A stretch of 64,000 nt of DNA, taken from positions 7,564,001-7,628,000 of the forward strand of contig CM068755.1 of assembly GCA_035084275.1 (NCBI GenBank), given 5' to 3'. Position numbers and translations under genes: made by a program. The notes beneath the pieces are model-generated. The model made no database searches. It had not been told where the DNA came from and was given only the letters and a program-made list of their open reading frames with translations. The DNA comes from Hydrolagus colliei (lineage: Eukaryota). Below, one piece after another: positions 1 through 12,809 of this stretch. Numbering within the stretch: position 1 is the first letter of the stretch; each line of letters starts with the position of its first letter.

Positions 1-3000
1 CTGCACAAGTCTTATCTTTATAAATTGTATAAATGTCTTAAGCAGTACATTCAACCAAATCCCATTTAAAACTCTCAAAACCACATTGTTTTCTTCGCAG
101 TATTTAGATTAATCATAACAGCGCTCACCGACCCTCTGTTACTCCCTCACTTACCAGCTGCATTGAATCGTGGGAAACAGCCTTAATCCGATGATGCATG
201 CGCAGATGAACTTCATTTTCCACAATTCAATGCGATTCCAACACTTGCCGGTGAGTGGGTATCAGGTGACAGGTCACCACACATTGAATGGCCCATGCGC
301 ATTTACAAGCTGCAGTGACAAACTATAACGAGCGCCTTACAAGCTACATTACATTATGCATGTGCAGTATAGATTATTGATAAATCGGATTATCCACGAT
401 TTATACAATATACTGCACCTCGCACTTCAAGCAAGTCATATTAAATGTTATGCTCCCGTATGATATGACATACATGAGTTTTACTGAAATTACAATAAAT
501 GTGGACATCCTTATTTATGGAGAGGACTCTCCCAACAAAACACAAAATTGAGCAAAAATACACTTAGTTTCACTCATTCTTGGGAGGTGAGTGCCCTTGA
601 TGTGGGCAGCATTTATTACACATTTCTAACCGCCTCCTTCCTATGCATCACCGTGTTGGTTCAGGGGATGCATACAGGCAGCGCATCTTTCACTGCATCT
701 GTTCAATGAGAACAGATTTACACCATGGATTTTAAACAAACAAAGTGTTAGATTTATATCTATAATTTTCTCGTCCAAATTGGTTGATCTCAGACAATTC
801 AGCATTAAGTTGCCCTTGGATCCTCTGGGTTTGGGAATGGCAGATCAGGCAGCGTTCCTCCTGCTGATCCCTTTGTGTGGACCTTCTCTTCGAAAGGACA
901 AGTATGGCAGTTGTGTGTAGGCATGATCCACCATGTTATTGAGTGCGTTCGTCAAATACTCTGCCAATGTATCTAGGCTCACACATGAAAAATTTCCATC
1001 GGGTCTGAGTATATTTGGAGCGGCACCCCTGTACAACTAGAAAGGTGTTGGAACACATTTGGGGAGGGGAATTGATTGGTGAGAAGAGTGAAAGGGAAAC
1101 TTTTCATTTTCAAATATGTATAAATTATTCTTACTCATTTCAAGCAAAGCCAACCTCTTCGCTGATCCTCCGTGTGGAAATATGACACATTGTAATCCAC
1201 TCAAATTTGCCATTGCCTGTGTTCTCTTTCATTTATTAAACCAAAGAGGCTGCAAACACTTTGAACACACTTAACAGAACTAATCTCTCAATGAAATTGG
1301 TTCAGAAATATTGATTCAAATCTTTATTGCACAACTATATTTAATCTAAAAGATGGTTTTCAGCTTATGTGCATGATCCTAGGTAGGTCGTGGGTCACTT
1401 TTTCTATTTCATTTTGGTATTAATACTCTCTGGAATTAGATAAGCAGGGTGCGTCCCTCCAAGCAGAGAGTTTGCATTCTATTCCAATAAATATTTCTGG
1501 AATTTCCATGTGTAGGTGGGAGGTGTCCAACTCTGTTCAGTTTGATACTCTTAAACATGGTGAAGGGTTTCCATATGTATTTTTTCTAAATCTCCCTTTC
1601 TCTCCCAAACAATTTTTTTTAGCATATTATTTCACCCTAGCCAACCTACGCCTGTGTATGTGTGTGAGTGAGACACAGTTGCATTCGCAAATGAGATCAT
1701 GCATACATTCACATATTCCACATGTTCCAGCATTGGATCACTGGATAGCAATAAGGAAAGGGAAACTTCTCACCCCTTTTTTGTAACTGGTTATACCAGT
1801 ACCCGCCAGTGCCATTCTGTTGATTGACTGTTAATTGGAATTGAACCAATCCGAGCTTTCTGGTGTGTGTGGCGCAGAAACTCACTGATCAATTAGGGCA
1901 GCCCAATCTTCATGTTTTGGACAGTGGGTATACAATAACTTTGACTACAATATTGAGCTCATATTTGTGCTGTGTTATGTAACTGACGTATTTTGCAAGT
2001 GTTGCGCAGTGCAAGTTGCCTGGGTTTTCGGGCTACACTGAATTCACTGTATATCCTGCAAGACGAAAATACTTCAGATTCATTGATTGATCAGTGCGAG
2101 CATAAGGATTACAGACATTTGCTTTGCTCCAGTGTGTAAATGCTTCCGGGAGTAGAAATCCAAATGAGAATTATGAGATTACCTTCAGCTTCAGCGCAAA
2201 TTTTTTTACATAAAACCCGTTTGATCTGCACTGTCATTCCTATCCTAGGCTGTTGATTCTCATCCAGAGGAAACAATAGATTTAGATTAAATTTGGGGTA
2301 GCAGGTGTTGTTAGACTGCTTGGAGTTGTATCATTTGTTGGCAAGTGAAGTAGGCTTTCTTCCCTTTGATCACTAAGTGTGTTTCAAGATTACTTCATCA
2401 CATGATGTGGAGTCAACACTCTGTGAGAACAAGATTGTATGGATGCTCAATGCTCTTGTGCATGCCAGTCTTCTCTGGTAAGATGATGCAGCAACTGGAT
2501 ATCAACAAAGTATTTTTTACAGTATTTGATATTTTATTACCATGACTCAAAAGCGCTTGTTGCATTTGTGAAATACGGTACATTGATTCCGGATCACTTT
2601 GATTTATTGGGGGCTACTCTAAACCTGTGGCATTTAATTTGAGGTATATCAAGGTTGAGGAACTTAATATTGTGTAAGCTGTACTGTTGAAATCCATTAG
2701 ATATTACATTGATGGTGGAGTTTATGCCACACCTAGAAACAATCAGCACATAAAACTGGATATTAACAGCACAGGCGATCGCAGTAATGTTATGTAAACC
2801 TCAAAGTGGTGCAGTTTGTATTTAACCATTTTTTAAAAAAGGATCCTTCACTGTGGTAATTGTAGCATGACTGGCTGAGACTGATTTACTATTTAGATGA
2901 TTTGTGGATAATTTAGTTACTAGGATTGTGTATCTGAGCCATTGTGCCCAACACCACCAACCACCTAGAGATTCTGCTTCAATTTCAATCTCTGCCATTC

Positions 3001-3291
3001 ATTGGCTGAGCTTAGTGTCCATCAAACTACATTTAAATATGAACAGATTGCCAGAAAAAGAAATGTGTTAGTTGGATACAGTTCAAGTACATGTTTTTGG
3101 GACATCCACCTGACCAGAAAGGCGCTATCCAAATGTAATTTTGTTGTTAGCTCTATATCTGTGGTATATTATTATTTCCTCTGATGTCTGAGATTCTTTG
3201 ACCAATTACAGTTGCACGTTTATAATTTTATTTATTGGTAACTGTCCTTTTGCTGTCTTTATTTTGTACACTACTGGTGCCCGTTCCCCAG

Positions 3292-3471
3292 ACCTGCTTG
3301 GTGATCATCACGTGGCCCAGTTGCTAAGATGGTGTTCAGCCGACAACAGTTTTGCCCAGAACTTTGCCCTTGACGGTGCCTTGGCCCGGCACCTCCACCA
3401 GTGCTCGTACCACCTCCGGCTCTTCAAGAACTGGCTGATCTCTGGGCAGGATGACTTTGACTGCCTCTACG
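3292..3471 (+). CDS. PPIP5K1: PPIP5K1 internal exon, probably a cassette exon (DLLGDHHVAQLLRW...HLHQCSYHLRLFKNWLISGQDDFDCLY-G)
   Basis: Pyrimidine tract + cag acceptor at 3289-3291 and G|gtatcg donor at 3471/3472. It is 180 nt, phase 1-1, and splices in frame to the GFEGCSMVP exon. The peptide resembles an insert recalled from fish PPIP5K1 isoforms. Confidence 0.8.
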
Positions 3472-4729
3472 GTATCGCGTGCTTGTTGCTGCACGGTTGG
3501 CTTTAAATGAATTTCTCAGGCCATTGCAGCTTGGAAATGTAGATGTGCCACTGAGCTTTGCCAAACACAGATTTGTTCTTGCCTCCATATACACTGTTAG
3601 GAGCCTGCAGCCACTGCTGTCCCCATAGAGGGAGAATTGCTGACTGCATTTGAAGCCTGGATATAAAATGTTTTCCGATAAAATAGATAACTTTACAGGT
3701 TAAAAATCAGACTACATATCACACAAGGTCTGCAATATTGAGTACTGTAATTTACTCACATTTCTGCATGCTATAGAAATATACATAGAAAATTAATAAG
3801 GCTATAAAACACAGAAATTGAACTTTGTGAGAACCCATCTGACTATCATCATTTCTAGGCACAGATCCAATGCTTTTACTTACCTAGCGATGTTTTTTAA
3901 GTCTGATTTTTAGCATGTAAAACCGTGTGCCATTGTCTGTCCAAGAATATTGACGCTGACGTTTCCTCTCTTCTGCTGGGTGCAAGCTACTCAGAGGTGT
4001 CTGGAGGCAGGAGTCTTGCAGCTCATTCTTGGCAGTGTATAGAGTAAGAGTCGAAATGCTCTTGTTGTTTGTGCCTGGCTTTTTTCCAGCAGGCTTTGCG
4101 CTACAGTGATCGAAATTAAACATTGGCGGATATCGAGAGTTGTTTTGCCAGTGATTTTGTGACCAGCAGACAAGTACACTAGATCACATTTAAAAAGGAA
4201 GGCAATGTCATAAAAATACAGTATCCAAACTTTAACTTTAGAGCAATAGAGCTCATCAAAATTAGGGAATATTGCTTTCAATCCATTTTGATTTTTTTAA
4301 GGTATTAAAAGTTTCTTAAATCGAAGCAAAGCAATCCCTTTTGTATTTATATCCGAGTTGGCTTCAGGCCATCCTAGCAATTGTAACATTGCAATAGTGC
4401 AAATGTGAAGATCAGGGACTATTTAAAATAAAATCCCTGAATAAAAACAATCTCAGTCACCCATGCTCTTACTCTCCATGCTCTGATGGGGTGGCTTGTA
4501 CTTTTTTTAAGTAAAATGGTTCCGTTCTGCTAACACAAAACGGGGTTGTACAGCTTGAAATGAAGATACCTCACAGATATTCTCTCCTGAGTGTCTGTGC
4601 TTCCCAATTAGCCAGCAGCCTCTTTCAACTGCAAGTGTCTATCATAATTTGCTTACAGCAGATTAAAGAGCCTTAGTTCCACTTGCATGACTCATTTGTG
4701 ATCTCTACACCTACTGAGGTAGTTGCATA

Positions 4730-5110
4730 AAATCATAGAATGTCACAGCAAACAAATGGTGATTCAGCCCATTAAATCTCTGGTTATCGCCACATGAACC
4801 AACTAATCTAATCCTACTCTCCTGGTTGCTTCCCATACCCTTTAATATTCCTCTATTCGAACATCTGTCTAATTCTCTTTTAAACTGTCTGGGCTTTGCC
4901 TCAACAGTTCGTGGCAGAGAATAAATGCTACATTCCAACCACCCACTGTGTGAAGGCACTTTCTCCTAACAATCCTTTTAAATCTTTTTGTAATTCTCTT
5001 GGATCCCTCGTCACCTTGCTGAATGTGTTTGTGAAGTGTAGCCTTGTTACTGCCTGATCTGCCTGATAAAAAGATATTGGATGTTTTGTATAGTTTTATT
5101 AATATTAGTG
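4730..5110 (-). mobile_element. CR1-type LINE 3' remnant
   Basis: SLPRTVEAK..FKRELD-like C-terminal peptide, with catagaa...ttcagccc marking the tail on +. Confidence 0.6.
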
Positions 5111-6662
5111 CAGTGTTGGTATTAGTGCACTCAGTTTGGCTGACCATTGTGTGAAAAGGAGAGTGATCACAGGTTAGGAAAACATGAAGTGCAATCGCCA
5201 GAAATAGGCTCTTATCCAGTCATTTAATTTTGAACTCTGTAGCTGGTGTATGAGCTCCAAGGCAACCATGGTTTATCTGTTGAGGTTTCCTTTTTGAGTG
5301 TAATGGCTGTATGAATGCCCAAAAATCTAGCATAACAAGCACGAAATGGGAGCAAACCAGCATGGCTTGTTTATTCATCTAAGTTTAATAAATTTTATTG
5401 TAAACGTCTATCATTTGTCCTGAGTTAGTGATTTGCAACATTCCCCATAATATTTATCAGTATTATTTATGCCTAGAAATGAATCCCATGTTGTAGACTA
5501 GTATAAAAACTTAAATATTGTATTGTTTTGGATGCTAAATTTAACGTTTACTGATAATCTGTTTCTCTCAAAAGCTGTATTGCATGGTAGTCTGTCACAC
5601 GATGTCTGATTTTCTGAATGATCTGTTTAGAAGTTGGATAAATAGAGGGGAGTGGTCCTTTGTTCCTTAGTGAGCAATAGTAATTCACAGATCAACAGAA
5701 CCAAATGGTGGACCTGTGAAATGGTTATATTGAGGATCCTTCTTTAATCAGGGTTGAATTATTCACCCAAGTGTGGGTCTGTGCTGATTCAGGAATTGTT
5801 TTGTTCATTTTGCTAATTACAGATAAGTTTCTAAAGCTGTTAACCTGGTGATGGTAATTTGATGTTTACTGTAGCTTTGAAGCAGAAATCCTCATTCCAG
5901 AAATAAAAATGAATGAAAGTTTATTTATTTTAATCAATGTCTGATTCTGCTGTTATTAAGAAACCAGTCTATTTCCGTAACATTTCCAAAATTGACCAAC
6001 ATAATATTCTGCTTGTAAAAGACTGTACCCATTGATCACTCCCCTCTCTTTTGGTATAAGAACAGTCTGTTGAAGAACTGCATAAAATATATAAAAGGTG
6101 CCCAAAATAAAGTCCTTTGCAGCTGATGAAAGAAAATAAATAGTTGTCTTTTTGTTAATGTCCATGAGCATTACAAGTTGATGATTTTCTCTATGCTTTG
6201 TGCTCTCTGGAATCATTAAGAATATGTGCCCGTAGTCCCTTATTAGCTATCAACAATAGTAGCCTATGAGCTGGGCTGGGTTACCCTGGTATAGCCCTGC
6301 AAACGAGAGAAACATCAATTTAAAATTTGAATCATTGAACATTACTGAAGAAGTTTAGCTGTTGTTTAGACAGAAAACGAAAACATTTTCATGTAGAATT
6401 TACAACAACCGCACAAACTGCCTGAGATTGAAAAGCGAGCGCAACAGGTCAGTCAGCTTCTCAAAGAGAGAAAGCCAGGTTAATGTCTCGGGAAATCGAG
6501 ATGATTCACTTCTGAAGTGTTGAGCCCTCTTTCTCTCTCCATTGCTGATTGGCTTGTTATACATTTTTATTTGATGCCTGAAATTTTGTGTAAAGCACTC
6601 TCCTGCTGAGAGGCAGTGTTGCATGTGGAATGCTAGTGGATTTGTAGTTTGTCATATACCAG

Positions 6663-6685
6663 TGTGTGTGTGTGTGTGTGTGTGT
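6663..6685. repeat. (TG)n microsatellite
   Basis: Seen directly. Confidence 0.95.
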
Positions 6686-8153
6686 TTTGCTCTGGTTTTG
6701 TTGCCATCACTTTTCTATTGATTCAGACGGTTGCCTCATTAGCGGCTTTGGGATTGCATGTGTCACATTGTGAAATGTTGTAGCAGACTTGTCTTGCATT
6801 GGAGTTTGCATTGATGTGAGCTTAGCCCAGTTTATATGGATTGTGGAGTGTAAATGCTTTGCAATGTATAGTTGTTGTTTGCTTTGTTCGACCTTGTCAT
6901 TGGTGTATCTTACCTGAAATATATATTTTTAGTCTTGTTGAAACATAACCTGAAGATATATCGTACATAATATACTTATTGTGCCAAATAATTGCGATGG
7001 TATATTGATATTTAGCTCCATTGTTTCTCATGTTATTTTTAAGTTGGTCATTTATCTAAATGCATCGCCATCTTAGGTTACAATCAGGCATTTGATACCA
7101 TAAATTTTGGCTAGTGCAATAAATTGTATGTGCATATATAATGTTACATCATTCATATTCTAGAACAATATCTTACTGGGCAATGTCTTGGTCCAAGTGA
7201 TAACCTTGGTATGCTTTCTTCACATTTCCTATAATTTTCATCAAGGGTTAGCAGTGAATTTCATGATATTATATTGCAATAAACCGATGGATCTTGCATG
7301 TAAACCAATGAGCGCCAGCTGTAAGCATCTTTGACTCAGTTACTCAGCAGCAAACATTGTTTAGCAGAATGTGTGTCCCATTCTCCTTTTCCTCACCACA
7401 ATGATTTAGGGACATTCAACTGGCTTCAAAAAATGTTAAGAATTTGGTACTCGCAGGGTACGTTTGTTTAGTTCTTTGGAATTGGCTGTGTTGGAGGAGA
7501 ACATTGACCTCTCTGGCAACATACCTTGAACATCAGAAAACATGGGATAAAAAAGATTATTCTAGGCAAACCCTACTGTCCGCTCCATATACTGTACCAT
7601 CATATGCACTTTATGCTGGCAAATAGCTTAGAAACTTCGCATTCTCCAAAGGCAAACAAACACCACAATGTTCCCCGTGCCTCATGGACAGTGAGATAAT
7701 TGTATCCCATAGACTATTTCAACCTGCAGTAATCTCTAAAATCTCCCTGCCAGTTAAGTCACTCCGATTTTTTAGAGTTAATTAACACAACATCATTTGT
7801 TTTTGATGGAATATGTTCCACACACCCATTATTATGTGGGAAGATTCCGCCTCCCTCTAAACCTCAAACTACTGTTTGAGAAGAATTTCCCACAGTATAT
7901 GAAGATTCAGTTATGTAGTTACTTAGAACAATTTCTGATTTATCTTCCACCTATGCTGCTTTCCTTCCTTCCCACTTGACACTGTTCCTTTTTTTAAACA
8001 AAGAAAATGTTCTTGTATGTTACTCGGCTACAATTATTGGAAGGTGGAAGAATTTAAATTGTTAAAAGTATTTTTTTTAAAAAAAGGTAAAATGAAACCG
8101 TGAATTCCTTCTGTATTTCCCCATGTTTATTATCTGGCCTCTCTGGCAACAAG

Positions 8154-8171
8154 CGACTAACCATAAACAAG
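8154..8171 (+). CDS. PPIP5K1: Candidate 18-nt PPIP5K1 microexon (A-T-N-H-K-Q-G)
   Basis: A long pyrimidine tract at 8105-8144 is followed by aag|CGACTAACCATAAACAAG|gtgagt, a consensus donor. Phase 1-1, stop-free and frame-compatible with both flanking exons. Confidence 0.55.
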
Positions 8172-9169
8172 GTGAGTATACTACTTATGGGCCATGGGGA
8201 GGCAAACTGGTGGTGTGGAGTGAAAACCTTTCAAAGGACGAGTATCCCTAGTGATTTTCTTCTGAAGGATCGCCCGTCTCTTACCTATGTGTATGTGAAG
8301 GAATACGTATTTCGGAGAGTGAGAAAGGCTGCGTGCACCAAGAGGTGAGTAGTGTACTTTCTGAACATGCCCTACAGTGCTTCATACAAGTGTGAAGCTT
8401 TCCTATTGATGTATGACTGCCTAAATAAAATATTTTTATTTCTGTCTTTAGTATTGAATCCCTGATAGAAAAATACTAGAAACAATGCAAAGATAAAACT
8501 AGAATGGGAGATTGAATAAGATTTAGATGTTCTTTTGTTCTTTTGCAACAATGGATCTATTATATGGAAAGGCAACCTGATCTAGCCACATTATTCTTTT
8601 GATTCGATAAAATTAATCTAGTTCTAAAGCTGGAAAAAAGCCGCCTGAGAATGTGACTTCCCAAGCCATCACATTGGATGTAGACTTTGGTGATATTACT
8701 TGTAGAGAAACGAAGGTCAGACTAGTCCTCTTATTCCTGCTATGAAACTAAACAAGTTGTTCAATTAAAACCACATCCGAATCTGAAACTGCTGCAGTAC
8801 TGTATATAGAATTGTGCTACATATTGTGAATTATTCATTACATTCCAAAAATGTCTAGCCATTTACTATCAACATCTACGAGTGGTCGGATGTGGAATGA
8901 TGCAACAGTGGAAGGGAAAATATTGGGCAATTACTGATTATGTCTACACTTCCTATTATACACATTCCTGTCACTGGGAGGTAGGCTGGCATGGTTGGTA
9001 TCTCAGTATGTCGGACCTCCCTTTGGTTCCCCAGTCTTGGAAACTTCAATATTTGCTTTCTGCGTTATTTTTAAATTGCTATGTCCGCTAATGTGCAGTA
9101 GTATACTGGCAAACATGGCTATTTCAAAATATATTTCACATAGTTTTATGAAACTTTATGTGAACTCAA

Positions 9170-9305
9170 TTGCACTATGGTTGGCTTCTGTCTTTCACCC
9201 ACAAAATATACAGTCAATTCACTTAACAGTATATTATGTGAAGCACTTTGAGATGTCTCGCAGACGTGATAAGGTGCAATATCAAATGCAAGGATTATTA
9301 TTATT
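9170..9305 (+). mobile_element. SINE 3' half
   Basis: cacaaaatatacagtcaattcactt...gacgtgataaggtgcaatatcaaatgcaaggattatt. Confidence 0.8.
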
Positions 9306-10837
9306 ACAGCTTTGTAATACACTCCTAGGCTAGCTATTCTTCCTGATGAGCTTCCCAGGGCGCAATCCGCACTTGCTGCTGAGAACGTTTGGGACAATGT
9401 GTCTGGACAGTGTTTTATACCTTTTGTCAAATCTGCTTTTTCAGACACTTTTCAAATCTTTACTCTGATAGAATCTGGAGATTTACAATATGTTAAGTGC
9501 TCTACTTGTCATCTGAATAACTTAATGTACTTAATATGCAATGTGTTAATCAGACTCTGATAATACCTGACACAATTTTGAATGTCTGCTGGTCATTCTA
9601 AAGAAAAAGTGGACCTCACACTGGCAACTGGTATAAAGCAAGACTGATACAGTAGTGGTGTGTAAGGTGCTTTTTTTGAAGGGGGAAAAAAAGCAAGCAA
9701 TCATTGCGACAATCTTCCATTACCTCTAATGGAAGATACACACTCCAGTGGTGAAACGTTGCCTCTCTGTCTGAAAGTGGCTGTCCCAGTGCCACTCTAG
9801 TTAGTGGGTAGTAAGGTCTGCTTCCTCCTTTGTGGCTGAGCAACTGCTAGTTTTCCCTGATGGTCCAAAGGATGTTGCTATCCTGGGGATCTGCCTCTAG
9901 AATTCTTTAGCACAGTGGCCTGCAAATAAATTGTATGGCTCTAATACAACAAGATTACTGTTTGTATTCAATCCTGTAATACTTTCTCAAAGCACTATCC
10001 CAACCATCTGTTCTGATTTGTGGTTAATGTCCCATTCTGACCTTCCTCGTGGAGTTAAATCACCTGATGCCGCATTTCAGATCAATTGCATTCAACCCCA
10101 AAATCTTCACCTCCAGTGTGAGGAGGAATGGAGCTCCAGTCTCAAAACCCATTAGCTCTGAGGTTTTGAAATTTTAGACCTACTACCACACAAAAAAAAA
10201 CTGCATTACTAGAAGCATCTAGTTCCAGAAAAGTATCGAGTATGCCTCCAATATCTGGACAGCTGCCAAAAATAAATGAGGCACCTTTTTTTTTGCTTGA
10301 GGGAATTGAATGGGTTGAAACACCCAAACTTAATGGAATGACCCTCTGATTTTAAAGTCCTTTGATTGTCTCCATAAGTTGATGATAACAGACCTTTACC
10401 ATAATAAGAGTTATTGGTTTATAAAATCTGCCAATTATTCAAGGGTTATGATTATGAATAGTCCTATAGGATTACCTTGTACACGAATCACATAATCAGA
10501 CATTTGTGCTCACAGCTGTTCAATCAATCTGCCAATGTTTCCTTTCGTTCTTCAAACTGACTTCTAGCCATTAATCACTTTAATGGTCTAGATCCATCAT
10601 TTTCCCCAAGCTCCTCACCCAAACTGATGAAAGTACAATGCAAATTTTCTGCCACAAAAGGCAGTAACCGTAATGTCACATCTGAATAGTGAAAATAAAT
10701 TGTATCCTCGATCATATCCTTTTACTGATTCAATAGGTTGATGGTAAAGGCAATAATAGGGTGAAATTTATAATCTGTGATATCACATAATAGTTTTAAA
10801 AAATATCACAAAATAGTTTTAAAAATATATAAAATAA

Positions 10838-10982
10838 TGTAGACAAATATTTGAAAAGGAAAAAATATAAGAGGTTTTGGAGAAGGGCAGGAAAGTGGAA
10901 GTAAACAGTTACTCTTTCAGAGAGTTGGTGGTGACATGATGAGCTAAATAGCCTCCTTCTTTGCTGTAAAACCCTCGGATTT
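10838..10982 (+). mobile_element. CR1-type 3' tail
   Basis: ggagaagggcaggaaagtgg...gatgagctaaatagcctccttct..gctgta. Similar tails at 32210-32365 and 34715-34848. Confidence 0.55.
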
Positions 10983-11038
10983 CAATGTGCTGGAATCTGT
11001 CACTTTGTTTTTTTCCCCTTTCCCTTTCCCACCTCTAA

Positions 11039-11070
11039 CCCCCCCCCCCCCCCCACACACACACACACAC
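11039..11070. repeat. Poly-C + (CA)n microsatellite
   Basis: Seen directly. Confidence 0.95.
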
Positions 11071-11814
11071 AAACAGAAACATACACTGATAGAAATGTTA
11101 GTGTTGCACACTTTTTCTTGCTGCTCTGATTAATAAGAAAGCAGATACACAGCAACGTACAGTTCTTTAAGTAGCTTTGTAATTTATAATTGTCATTTCT
11201 GAAAGGTTACAAATGGCATTGCCAATTTGAAGTAAATTCACAAGATTCAACCGCAGATAATATGTTGCTGACCTGTCGGTGAACAATGTTAATTGCAACA
11301 ATTAGCACATTTGCCTTGATCAGTTTAATCAGATTAGCTTTTGGAAACCTCTCCAACCAAACTAATGATCGAGAGAAAAAAGGAAGAGAAGGATTCATGT
11401 AACTTGGGGCTTCTTGAAGCACAAAATCAGCAATATCCGGGCTGCTCCTCAAATGAGTTAGATTTAAATGAACAGAACCATAAAATCTTGATGGATTTGG
11501 TCATAGACTCTACCCCACTACAGGGGATAATTTCTCTAATTTTTCTCCCCTATATAGGACCAAACGCCTATGTTCTTTTAATTTGCAACCCTTAAGTAAC
11601 CAGTGATGATTTTTAATAAAACTGCGATAAACTGGCTTCATGGACCCACACTATATTTTAAATTTAGCTCGTGTCTTACCCTTATAGTTTCCCTATAGAC
11701 TGGTTTAACGTTTTCTTTTTTTGACAAATTTGATATTCAAGATGTTCGAGATATTCAGAGCTATCACAAAAGGGTCAACTGACCTTTAAAGGAGAAACAT
11801 AATTTGGTGTGGTT

Positions 11815-11922
11815 AGCCACACAAATATATAATCAATTCACTTTGCAGCATATTCTGTGAAGTGCTTTGCGACGTCTCAAAGACGTGATAAGGTGCTACA
11901 CCAAATGTAAGGATTATTATTA
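11815..11922 (+). mobile_element. SINE 3' half
   Basis: Same family tail as 9170-9305. Confidence 0.8.
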
Positions 11923-12344
11923 TAGTGTTTTCTATACTGACAACAAATACTATTTTTAGAGTCCACTTGTCCATAGTAGGGAAGTGTGTTTTCACATTGT
12001 TAACTCATGTCAATGATAGCGAAGGTTGTAAGTGTATGCTCCTTCCAAATGATGTTTCAGAAGTTTGTTTCTACTGTTAAATGTAGGTATGTTCTTGAAG
12101 TGTGCTTATGGTGGTGTGATACGTGCAGCTTTGTATTCAGGCTCTCGCAACAGGTAATGTGCTGCATTTGCCTGGCTCATTTTGGTTTGGCTCATTGACT
12201 GCCTTTGTCTTATCAAATAATTCTAAAGTTGGGTTAAAAATATAGGTTTTAGTTTCAACCATTAGAGCTCTGATGAGTTGGATGGACATTTTGTAAAATT
12301 AGTTCATTTTGGGTATCATCTTTCCTTTTCCCTCCCTTATTTAG

Positions 12345-12482
12345 GTTTTGAAGGATGCTCCATGGTGCCTTCCATCTACCCCCTGGAAACACTCCACAAT
12401 TCTCTCTCCTTGAAGCAGGTGGATGAATTTCTCTCGTCCATTTCAAAAATTTGTAGCATGAATCGCACTGGATCTTCAACAG
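12345..12482 (+). CDS. PPIP5K1: PPIP5K1 exon ([32 protein letters not shown]...)
   Basis: ttag|G acceptor and G|gtaaat donor, 138 nt. The peptide matches the PPIP5K1 motif [26 protein letters not shown] (PPIP5K2 has GFELYSMVP). Confidence 0.93.
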
Positions 12483-12723
12483 GTAAATGATGCACTTTTA
12501 CTTGTGAACTCTGCTTGTGCTTTTCAATCTATTTCGCTGTGAAGCTTCACCCATCCTTATCTCTTAAGAACAATGCCCAGGTGTTTGCTTGGACTAGGAT
12601 CCAATGATTTAAATTACTGTACTGCCTTTGTATCATACTGCCAGGCATCTGCTAGTTTACTTAGTGGGGTTCAGTTGGTGAATAGTTTTGTTTGATTTCT
12701 GCATTTTATTTATATTGATATTT

Positions 12724-12787
12724 TGAAGCGCTCTGAGATGCCGTCCAGCGTGGAGGGCGCTATATAAATCTATGTTGTTGTTGTTGA
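12724..12787 (+). mobile_element. Short L2 tail just upstream of a PPIP5K1 acceptor
   Basis: gaagcgctctgagatgccgtccagcgtggagggcgctatataaatctat(gtt)n, the same type as 34068-34130 and 38815-38880 (-). Confidence 0.85.
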
Positions 12788-12809
12788 TGGAGCCTGCTTT
12801 ACCCTACAG

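Noticed and set aside
6397-6447. 51-nt exon-like segment (tag|...CAG|gtcagt)
   Set aside because: Weak pyrimidine tract and a TGA in the PPIP5K1 frame. At best a poison exon, unsupported.
8268-8344. Second GAG|gtgagt donor near the microexon
   Set aside because: Available acceptors give frameshifting (77 or 44 nt) or stop-containing exons.
10781-10826. ~23-bp tandem duplication (also a 14-bp duplication near 63318)
   Set aside because: Ordinary slippage duplications.
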